A stretch of 39,836 nucleotides of DNA, taken from NCBI GenBank assembly GCA_000388065.2, contig KB932202.1; one strand, 5' to 3'. The DNA is from Fonticula alba ATCC 38817. Taxonomy: Eukaryota > Protista > Nucleariida. Made by a program: the position numbers and the translations under genes. Numbering within the stretch: the stretch's first letter is position 1; the number at the start of each line of letters is the position of its first letter. Below are positions 25,913 to 35,788 of the stretch, in pieces. Under the pieces are notes generated by a model, which saw nothing but the letters and a program-made list of their open reading frames with translations, did not search any database and was not told where the DNA came from.

Positions 25913-28900
25913 TCACCGCGGGGTGCCCGGGGACGGCCCTGGCCGAGGCCGGCGCTTTCCAGTAGCCACAGACAGGTTCTGCCCCTCAGATGCAGCACCC
26001 GTCCGACTATCAGTGCTGATTTCCTGGCGGACCTTACGGAGATGCTTCTCGGCCTTGTTCTTGCTGGACGTATGTCCGTGGAACTTGTGCGACAGCTCCT
26101 TGAAGGCCTCACGCGGAGTCATCTCTCGGCCGAAGGCATCCGTGTAGCGAATGTTGACCGTCGGATCATAGTTCCGGTAGAGCGCCGTCACTTGGTTCAG
26201 ATGCTCATGCTCAATGCGTGCCCGCTCGGCTTGGATGGCCTCCTCCGAGCGGGGACGATCCAGGGCCGCCGTGGCCACGGACACCGTGGCCGAGCGGTTG
26301 CGCGCGGCCTGGTTCGACCCACGAAGCTGACGCAGGCGCTCGGCCGTCCGGCGCTCTAGCAGCATCGACTGCGCCGCCCAAACGCTCTGTCGCTCGGACC
26401 CCGGAGCCATTGGGGCCTCTAGATGGCCCTTATTCTGGACAAAACGCAAGGCACTGGCGATGCCAGCTGCCACGACCGGCTCATCGAATACCTCCAGGGC
26501 CGCTGGTTGGGGTTCGGCCGCGGTCGCACGGTGCCGGGCCCCGCGCCGGGAGCTCACCGTGTCCGGACGTGGCGGCAAATCCGGGTCATCGGAAATGGCG
26601 CCCTCCTCCTCATCGTCATCGGCGCCGGTTGAGACGCGCATCGATGCGCCACCGGCACCATCGTCGTCGCTGGAATCGGCATCACCGACGGTGGCCCCGC
26701 GGCCCTGGCCCGCCGCCGCGCCTTCGCCTGCCTCCTCCTCCGCCAAAAGAGCCTCCTCTTCGGCGGTGGCGTTGGCAACCACCTGCCGGGCGAACTCACT
26801 GGCGAAGGACAGGGTAACGCCCGTGGTGTTGGCTTGGTCCTGGTCCGGGGCCGTGGCACGGACTGGAGAAATCGAAATAACAGCCGGGCAGGCACGCGCG
26901 TGCACGCGCAGGAGCGGCGCGGAAGGTGAGTACATGATGTCCAAAAAGAGGTGAGGAGGAAGTCGGCAGAGTCATGCCGCATACAACGCACCCGCTTGGA
27001 TCGACTCATCAAGTGAGCGAATGTTTGACCGGATCTTCTTCCGCCGGGACCGAGCCAAGGAGGCCTGGAGGTCGTCATCATCCACAAAGTTGGTGTCGTC
27101 AAGACGCCGGCGGTTGCTGGAGTAACTTGCGACCGGGGCCTCATCGAGGACCGTGCTCGCAGGTGCAGCTGGCATTTCGGCGGTGGCTGATGCCGCGCCA
27201 AGGAAGAGCTCGGCTTCCTCCTGGGCAATTAAGTCGCTCACCGGCACGCGGGGGGCTCGCCGGGCCTAGGCAAGGTAAGGAAAGCGAGGGGGCATGGTCA
27301 GAGGACGACTAAGGATTAGTGGTGAGAAGCAACTCAGAGGAACACACCGCAGAACGCGCGGTCTTCTTGAAGCGAACGACCTCCTCAGCCGGAGCGAAAT
27401 CCGACTGCTGGTGTTGCTCTGACGGCAGTGGGGAATGCGGGGAAATGGAGGGGCGGGAGAGGCGACAGTCAATATGTGCCATGCAATCTTTGAGACCTTG
27501 GCATTCAAGGGAGATGAGAGAGAGAGAGAGAGAGAGAGAGAAGCACAAGACGCTGCGTGGCAACATACTAACGGCCTTGAGAGAGATGGACTCGGCCGCG
27601 CGAAGTCGCTGGGCCACATCATCGGCGGTGACCGACCTCCCGCTGGCGGCCTCAGCATTTTTCTGGGCGAAGCCGGACTCGTCAAAGTAGAAGGCCTTAC
27701 GCTCGGCACCATCACCAGCAATGTCGTCATACTTGTCGAGGATGTTGCCAGGCTTGTAGGAGTCTGAGCAGGCACAGGGGGGGGGGGGGGGGACAGGGCA
27801 CCAAGGTGAAGGAAGCATGGGGGTGAGCCAGGGAAGTGGACGTGAGAGCAGGAGGAACAGGCCAGGGAACAAGGGGCAGGAGGGGGAGAACGGTCGTAGA
27901 AACGCACCGGTGAACTCGCGATCGTCATAGGCGGTGTAGCCCTTGCGCGAGCGCTCAATGGCCTCCTTGCGCTTGGCGATCTTCTCGTTTTCCCTGAGAT
28001 CCAGGGACTCCAGCTCGTCTTCGGAGTTCTCGTCTTTATCCAAGCGGGGTGGGGGTAGTGGCAGAGGAGGATGTAAATGCACATGCAGGAAGGTATGGGG
28101 GAGGAAGGAGGCAGGCCATGGGACGGGGCAGATCGTCAGGCGGGGAGAGGCTTACCCAGGACATGCTTGTCGGCAAAGGTGAGGATGTATTCTCGGCCGG
28201 TTTCCAGATTGCCAAGATCATGGGCAACACGCAAGCCGGCCAGAGAGGCCTCCGCTGGCTCGGCGGCGGTGGCGGATTTGGCCTGGGCCTGAACCAGATC
28301 ATCCTCCTCATCGTAGCGGGAACTGGCGCGCTTGCGCATGCTGGGCAAGCAGACGTTTGAGGAGCGGTCGGCGGGATGGCACCGGGAGGAGCACGATGTT
28401 AGGGAAGTGTGTGGAGGCTGACTGGGGAGATGGCCATCCTGCGTCGGCCTTGCCCCTCCCTCAGGCACACGAGGCAGCGCACCGTTGACGATGCTTGGAA
28501 ATCCAGGACGACGTGTCGGCAGGGTCGTCCTCATCGAAATCGGCCTCGCCCAGAGACTTGGTCGGGCCAGCGGGCACGGCCGGTACCGTACTGGCCTTTC
28601 GCGTGGCGCGCTGGCTGTAGAAAGGAGATCAGTGGCCGGGGAAGGGAGTGAAAGGGGGCAGATGGGTGGTGGGCCAGGGGGGGAGGGGGGGGGGGCATTT
28701 TGTTGGGCCCATGCTCAGTGGGGGGGACATGCGCGAACCTTTCGATGCGCTCGCGCATGCGGGAGATCTCATCTTCGCTGGGGCCTGATGCCGGAGCAGG
28801 TGTCGGTGGTGTCGGGGCGCTGTCGCTTGGCTTGAGCAGCGGGAAGCCCAACTGAGCGCGAAGACGGCTGGAGAGACATGTTAGAAAATCTTGCGCCCCA

Positions 28901-28999
28901 GAAGACCAAGGAGTCGGGGAGGGAGGAGCAGGCAGAAGGGAAGAGCGCTACGACGCACTTGGTCTCCTCGAGGCTCAGAGATTCCTCATTGCCGGACAT
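25913..28999 (-). CDS. SART1: U4/U6.U5 tri-snRNP protein SART1/Snu66, 9 exons
   Basis: Exons 28999-28959, 28867-28739, 28614-28483, 28340-28156, 28033-27908, 27763-27569, 27418-27348, 27265-26992, 26862-25913. The HIND motif is SLSLEETNRLRAQLG. Other motifs are LAGLRVAHD...YILTFADKHVL, ILDKYDD, DDDDLQASLARSRR, EPVVAAGIASALRFVQNKG and YTDAFGREMTPREAFKELSHKFHG. Confidence 0.93.
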
Positions 29000-30362
29000 G
29001 GGGGGGGGGACGGCAGCGAAGAAGCGCGCTGTAGCGTGCAGAGGAGTTCAAGGGCGAGGGCGGGAGAGGGTGGCGAGTGTGGGGGGCGGAAAGGGAGCGA
29101 GGGAAGGAAGTAAGGGAGGATGGGAGGAGCTGGGAGGAGGAATTTGCTCGGAAGTCGGCCACCGACGTTGCTGCGCAATACCCCCAATTGAGAGGATGAG
29201 AGACGAAGAAAGAGAGGGAGAGAGAGAAAAAGAAGAAAGGCAGCCGGGGAGGCCCCTCCCTCCAAGACCCGGAATCTGGGAGAAGTTAAAGCCCAAGCGA
29301 GATCGGCTATGCGTGACGGAGGATCTGATGACATGTGATCATCTGTGTGAGATTAATCGACGGGCCCCTGCGCCGCTGACTCAGTTAGAGTCGAGGGCTC
29401 ACTGACATTTCCTCGTCCATCGCCATTTCGGGCAGCGTGTCGTGCTGCCGCAGCAGCATGGGCTTGCTGCTTCAACACATCCCTCAGTTGCGCCTCTCTT
29501 GGGAGGGCCTTGCGCGCGGGGCACACACATCGTCAGCTGCTTCAAGGCAAGGGGAAAGAGAGAGAGAGAGAAAGAGAGAGACCCCGAGTCGCATGCATGG
29601 GAATGCGTCCAGACACAGCCCCGCAGCCAGCTCGTCATGCACCCTCCATTCGGCAAAATAATCGCCAGCCCCGTCTGCACCGCCACCGGGGAATGTGTCT
29701 TCCGGGACCGCCCCCCTCCCCAGAGCACCCCCCCGTCCCCTTCCTCCTCCGCTGTCAACGATAATGTGCACATGGGAGCGAATCCCCACACCGAGGGTCT
29801 GAAAAAGGCATGTGTGGTGCGCGCCGCTGCAGAGCATGTGGGACGACCCTTGGCAGAGATGCGAAAATGACAGAAAGGGAGAGGGAGAGAGAGAGAGAGA
29901 GAGAGGCGCAAAGATGGAGGTATATTCATGTTGTATTTGGTTTTGGGGATGATTTTGACACAAAACGACAAGGGAGGATATGCGCGCGCACGCGACACGA
30001 CAACACCACACACCACCAACCCCCGATATTCGCGCGGGCACATCATAGATGGACGCGGAGAGGGGGGGGGGGAAGGGGGAGGGACAGGAGGGAGCAGCGC
30101 GACCTCCAATCTTGTACGCAAGGGGGGGAAGGGAGGGGGAGGGAGGGGGGAAAGGAGGTGCGCGGGGCACATGCACACACATACACACACGTATGGGAGG
30201 CAAAACTAAGCGGCTCCTTTCACCTCGCCCTGTCGCCCTGTCGCTCCTCGCCAGGGGGGGCGGAGGAGAGAGAGAGAGAGAGAGGAAGGAGGAACAGCCA
30301 GGACACGGACATGCACATCGGCACATGTGGCGATTGGCCACGCTCGCCCCGCCCCGCCCTGC

Positions 30363-31233
30363 TTAGCACTTCTTGCCCCAGAGGGTCTCAACCCAGGCGG
30401 GGTAGTCGATGAAGGGGTTGCGGTTGCCCTGCCAGCTGTAGATGACGTTGTTGCGCTGGCGCTCGAGGGCGTTGACCGGCTCGGCACGGTGCCAGGCGAG
30501 CAGACGGCAGAGGTAACCAAGGCGGGGCTGACCGGAGGAAGTGCCGGAGTTGACGATGGTGAGGGCCGGGGTGTTGGAAGACTGGCCGGTGTAACGGGCC
30601 TCCATGTAGAAGATCATACGAGCGACCTCACCGCGGCTGCCCTTGGGCGGGCCGAAGGTGCCGGAAGCGGAGGTACCGATGGCCTTGCAGCCGGAGAGGG
30701 AGCCCTTGTAGGGGTTCAGGCAAATCTGGCTACCCTGGTCGTGGAAGTCACGGTCGCCGCGGTAGGAGTTGACGTTCTTCTCGCAGGCACGCAGGTGGTG
30801 GGCATCAGTGTAGGCGACCATGCTCTCGGAGGGGAAGCCGTGGCTCTTGGCCCAGACGTGCTCGCGGTTCCAGTAGGAGCCGGAACCACCGGTGTCCTTC
30901 TGGGACTTGGGGAAGGACTGCTGGGAGTAGATCAGGTTGACGTGGCTGGGGCTGCCGGCGACCTGGTCAGCCTGGTCGAGGATGTCCCACACGCAGGAGT
31001 AGCTGTGCTTGTAGGTGCCCTTGTGCAGGAGGCTGGACAGGGTGGCGCGCAGGCGGTTGGCGTCCTTCTGGACGGCCAGGGCGTCCTTGTAGTAGGTGGC
31101 CGAGTTGAAGGGGGGGATGCTGGGCTTCTTGCAGGCGGTAACCTCGATGACATCGGAGTTGTCGACCGGCAGAGCGACGATGGCCTGCAGGGAAGAGGCC
31201 AGCATCGCCGCCAGGAGGGCGAGAGAGAGGAGG
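30363..31233 (-). CDS. Secreted Endonuclease I / Bsn-type non-specific nuclease (His-Me finger); start codon probably in the N gap
   Basis: Uninterrupted ORF with a hydrophobic signal-like LLSLALLAAMLASSLQAIVA. It shows WNREHVWAKSHGF, TDAHHLRACEKNVNSYRGDRDF, RGEVARMIFYMEARY and LLAWHRAEPVNALERQRNNVIYSWQGNRNPFIDYPAWV, the ordered motif set of bacterial extracellular ribonuclease/endonuclease I proteins. Third codon positions are strongly G/C. Confidence 0.92.
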
Positions 31234-31322
31234 NNNNNNNNNNNNNNNNNNNNNNNNNNNNNNNNNNNNNNNNNNNNNNNNNNNNNNNNNNNNNNNNNNN
31301 NNNNNNNNNNNNNNNNNNNNNN

Positions 31323-31637
31323 GGGGGGGGGCACCGGGGAACGGTGGGAGAGGGGGGCCTGGGGGCTCGGTCGAGTGGGAAATATGGGCCAGCACTGTGC
31401 CGCGCCCCTTCCCAGGGTCCTGCCCTCAACTTTAGAAGTATTTTTTCTTCTATCTGAGTCCCTTCCCTCCCTTCGCCAGTCCGTTTCTCTCATCGCCCGC
31501 CCCGCTCTCTTGTTGTCTCCCCCCTCCCCTCACACTCGGCCCCTGTTATCTCCCTCCCCCGATCCCCCGCTGTCCGCAATCGCGACCTCCTGCTCTCTCT
31601 CTCTCTCCCCCTTCTTCTCCTCTTCCTGCCCACAGAG
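31323..31637. promoter_or_regulatory. Short divergent intergenic region (probable bidirectional promoter) between the nuclease and cold-shock genes
   Basis: The two genes are head-to-head, about 320-400 nt apart. An AT-rich island (AACTTTAGAAGTATTTTTTCTTCTATCT, 31428-31455) stands out in otherwise GC-rich DNA. Confidence 0.5.
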
Positions 31638-32191
31638 ATGCTCTCCATCGTTCGTTCCCTCCGCCCCACCGCCGTCACCCAGATGGTTGCCGCCCGCGGC
31701 TACGCCACCGGCACTGTCAAGTGGTTCAACATGACCCGTGGCTTCGGCTTCATCACCAACGAGGAGGATGACAAGGAGTACTTCGTCCACCAGACCAGCA
31801 TCAACATGATCGGCTTCCGCGGCCTGATCGAGGGTGAGCGCGTCCAGTTCGACATCACCGAGAACGACAAGGGTCCCTTCGCCACCAACATCTCTGCCCC
31901 CGATGGCCGTCCCCTGCACACCGTCCCCGGCCGTGAGCTCCGCCCCCCCGGTATGCACCGCATCCTCCCCCCCTCTCCCCCGCCCCGCCCCGCCTCACGC
32001 ATGCGTCGGTTGTGGCCCGCTTTTGGCCCTCCTTCCCATCCAAGCTCTTCTTCTCACTCATTTACGCTTCCTTTCCCGCCTCCCCCCCTCTCTCTCTCTC
32101 TCCCCCCCATCTTCCTTGTCCTCTAGTTCCCCGTGACGAGGGCCGCTTCGGCTCCCGCCGCCCCCGCCGCTTCGACGAGGACCGCGAGTAA
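31638..32191 (+). CDS. Cold-shock-domain nucleic-acid-binding protein with predicted mitochondrial presequence, 2 exons
   Basis: Exons 31638-31950 and 32127-32191 (GTATGC...TAG). The CSD has RNP1 (GTVKWFNMTRGFGFI) and RNP2 (YFVHQTSI), then GFRGLIEGERVQFDI and ATNISAPDGRPL. The tail is VPRDEGRFGSRRPRRFDEDRE*. The leader MLSIVRSLRPTAVTQMVAARGY has no acidic residues. Confidence 0.93.
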
Positions 32192-33676
32192 ATTGTGCGC
32201 CATAGCCGTTTCCCTATGCATTCCCCTCTTTCTCTCTCTCTCTCTCTGCTCCATTTCCTTCTCCCGCCTTCTCCCCGGCATCGCATGCTTACCTTCGCCT
32301 CGCCTGGTGTTCCCCCGTTTCCTCCCCTCCCGGTGTCGGTGTTGCTTCTGTCACGTCAGCTCCATGCCCTCATCTGGACGAATGGCCCACCCTGGTGTTG
32401 GGCCCCGCCTCATGCGGTAAGAGAATGGCCCGTGAGAGATGCAGGGAGGGGGATGAGAGCGGCATCTCCATGGCGCCATCTCTCTCTCTCTGTCCCCCCT
32501 CCTCCCTGCTGATCCCCTGTCCTTGCTTTCTCAGCCTTCCCCCCGCGCGGGCGCCCGACCGCCGCGCGCACCTCCTTCCTTGTCCCTCGCGCTGCGCGCG
32601 GGCCCTCACGCGTGTGTGGTTTGATCTGCCAAGAGAGGCGCGCCTCCCTTCGTAAGAGGGGGGTGGACCGCACACATGTAGGGGAGAGAAACAGAGGTAG
32701 GGGTCCGGGCGGACGGTCTGGTGAAGAGGGGAAGGAGCGAATGCGGGCTTCTTCTCATTACTCGTGAGTGTTTTCATGGGAAGTCGTCGCGCGCCCCCAC
32801 AGGGCATGTCCCTCACCCTTCTTTCTGCAGATATATACGCGCATGCATTCTCGTGCCCCCTCTCCCCTTCTCTCCTCCGTCCAGCCCTCCCTCTCTCTCT
32901 CTCTCTCCTCTTCCCCCCTCTTGGCCTGCTTCTCCCCTCTCCCGTTCACATTCGCCCCAATAAAATATATATAGTAGCCCAGCCCCCCCTCCCACGCAAG
33001 GGGCGTACGCCCATGTCATTACAAGGCACACACACACACACACACACTATAGGGCGCGCGCGGCGCCTCCTCTGCATTCCCCCCTGAAAGGAGGGCCCCA
33101 GTTGGGGGGGGGGGGAGGAGCAGGCTAAGAGGAGGGACGGGTGCGCTGTCATTCTGTTTGGTGCTTTTTTGTCTCTCGTAAATCCACATGTGCCTTTGTG
33201 TGTGGCTCTCCCCGTGTGTAGATACCGGCCACAACAACGGTATCATCTTCATGAGCGGACATGGCCCGAGCGCGGGAGCGAGAGAGGGAGAGAGATATCC
33301 CGACCGAAGGTGTGAGGACCAACAACCCCTCCGGCTCTACATGGGGGGGGGGGGGGGGGGGGGGGGGCCAGGGGGTGGGGGGGCCTGTCCCCCCCCCCCC
33401 CCCCCCGTTGACACTTGGGAATCCGGACGGGGGTGGCTGGGCCCCGCGCCACATGCGGACACATTCACGCCAGGGAGGGTGGTCGCGCGCCAGGGCCACG
33501 TTGCTCGCCGGTCCTTCACGTCTTCTTCCCAGGCGAGGCCCAGCGCTGGGATCAGGGTGCGAGGCATGCGCTACTTTGACTTGTCCCTTGTCCCCGGTGC
33601 CGCGCGCATGCGGCCCGTGCCCGCCGTCCGCCCTTAGTCCCCCTGGGCGCCCTTCGGGTGTTGGCCCCTCTTTCTT

Positions 33677-33726
<50 letters not shown>

Positions 33727-33971
33727 GGACGGATCTCGGAAAAATCACTGTTCCGATGAACGCCGACGCCTCGTGATCAGGACCGGCAGTTCGGTCACAC
33801 GTTCAGGCCCGATCGGGGCGCGGATCGGCGAAAATGTCCACGCCCATTTTTTGAGGGACAAAGCGGCGCGGAGGGGGGGGGGGGGGGGGAGACAGCGGAG
33901 CTGTGGACACCATCTTTCGGATCTCTCGCCACATCCTTGGGCCCTGTGCCAAGTCGGGGCGGCGTGCGGGT

Positions 33972-34219
33972 CTATTCCTCCCCGGCTGGCAGGGTCTCCT
34001 CGCCGGTCTGGTCGGCCTCAAGGCCGCCATTGCAGCAGAGAGGTCGCCGGAACTTGGCCTGGATGAAGAGGCGCTTGAAAAGCATGCCGGTCTTTCGGTT
34101 GGTATACTCCCGTGGGACGACCTCCAGCTCGAGGATCTCAAAGCCGGCTTCGGTGAACAGACGCTGCACGAGCTCTTTGGGGGGCGCCCACCCCCGGGGG
34201 ACAGGGGGGAGGGAGCAGT

Positions 34220-34264
<45 letters not shown>

Positions 34265-35788
34265 AGGCGCCAGCCGGGTTTGGGGTCGTGTGGATGTGTG
34301 AGTGCCCATCAAGGGGACGCGGCGGGCGCCGGGGGCCGGGAGGAGGAAATGCGAGTGGGAGTGAGGCGGCGTACCCTGGGAGAAGTAGTATGCCAGAGTG
34401 CCATCATGCCGGGCATACAGGTTGTCGTCCACCTTGCTTGATGGCTTGAAACGAAGCTGCGCCTGATCATACTGGGCATAGTCGCGGAAGAGAAGGGTCC
34501 CACTGCCCGGACGCAGGATCCGGTGGATATTGCGCAGCATTGCAGGCATGGCCTCCACCGGCAGGGCCGACAGGACAAACACCAGGACGCAAAAGTCCAC
34601 TGCACCACGGTCAGCGGGTTGGAGGTGGCGCGCCAGGGTGCCGAAGGGCATGGCCCCGGCTGGCCCGGGCGAGTGTGGCCCCGGGCAGGCCGCGGCATGG
34701 ACGCGCTGCCGTGCCTGCGACACATCCACCTCCGGCCGGAAGCCGGCCCCCACAAGGTCGCCGCACCGGCAGGTCAGGTGCGGCGGGGGGCTGGTATCGC
34801 ACGCGCGGGCCAGATTGCCGGCTTCCTCCGGGCCGATGGGCAGCTCCTCGGCCTGCGAGGCATCGGCCACAAAGGCCGTCACCCGATCCGCCCGAAAGGC
34901 CGCATGCTGCTGGACAAAGTTCACCGCCCGGGGGGAAATGTCACAGGCATACGCCCGGAGGTGGGGATTCAGCGACAGCATGGGGAAAAGGAAGTTCCCG
35001 ACACCACAGCCAACCTCCAGCAAAAGGGCATGCTGTGCAGCCGGGTCAAATGCATGGCCCAGGTCATCCAGATCGCCCGGGGTCACGGTCGCCAGGTCAT
35101 CGGTGTCAGGCGCAGCATGGGCCACCTCCGCAGGTTCGGGAGCTGTGGGTTCGGCCATGGCCGGACCATCATCGGCATCCGGGTGGTGCCGCGCGCGCTT
35201 GGCCACCGGGGCCTCCGGATCGGGGCAGTCTGTGCGTTGATGCACGGGACAGGGGGTGGCCAAATAGAGCTCGTGGAATTCGCGCCGCGTCCAATGCCGG
35301 TCCCGGAAGAAGTTTGTCTGATTGCGCATGTAGAACTTGTCCCAATTGCGGCCGATCTGTCTCGTGTGCGAGACGAGGCAATGGCGGGGAGGAGATCGAA
35401 GCAGGTCAGACAGATGGGCCGGGCGCGCGCGCGCGCGCGCGGGGGGGAGGGGGGGGGAGGCCGCAGATGGGGGAGGCAAATGGGGGAGGGCGCATACCTC
35501 GCGGCGAAGTTTGTCGACCTTCTCCGGCGCCATGGACACCGGATCCGTGTTGACGCGGGCGATGGCCGCCTGGCGCCAGTCGTCAAAGTCCGCGGACATG
35601 GCCTGGGCGAGATCAGATCCGGCTGCACCGTGGGTGGTGCCGGGCTCGGTGTCGTCGGCTTCGGTGGCGCGAGGGCCATCGACGCTCGCCGCGTCGGGAC
35701 TGACCAGCGAGGCCGATTGGGCGCCTTCCGAGGTGGCGGAGATCGTGGCGGCCTCCGAGGCGGGGGTGAGGGGATCGAGGCCGCCCAT
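33972..35788 (-). CDS. METTL6: tRNA N3-methylcytidine (m3C32) methyltransferase, METTL6-like, 3 exons
   Basis: Exons 35788-35498, 35356-34375, 34174-33972. NWDKFYMRNQTNFFRDRHWTRREF is the METTL6-type motif. It also has the SAM motif LLEVGCGVGNFLFP, AYACDISPRAV, VFVLSAL, LLFRDYAQYDQAQLRFK, DGTLAYYFS and FIQAKFRRP. The first true ATG is at 35788. Confidence 0.9.

Noticed and set aside
30363-31233. Bacterial contaminant contig as the source of the nuclease
   Set aside because: The 3' flank is continuous, gap-free host-type microsatellite DNA leading to the intron-containing SART1 gene.
31323-31493. N-terminal extension MRETDWRR... of the nuclease ORF
   Set aside because: Frame continuity depends on the estimated N-gap length, and the sequence is promoter/UTR-like and would bury the signal peptide.
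35423-35441. (GC)9 alternating tract with Z-DNA potential
   Set aside because: Short intronic simple repeat, expected in this GC-rich, microsatellite-rich genome.
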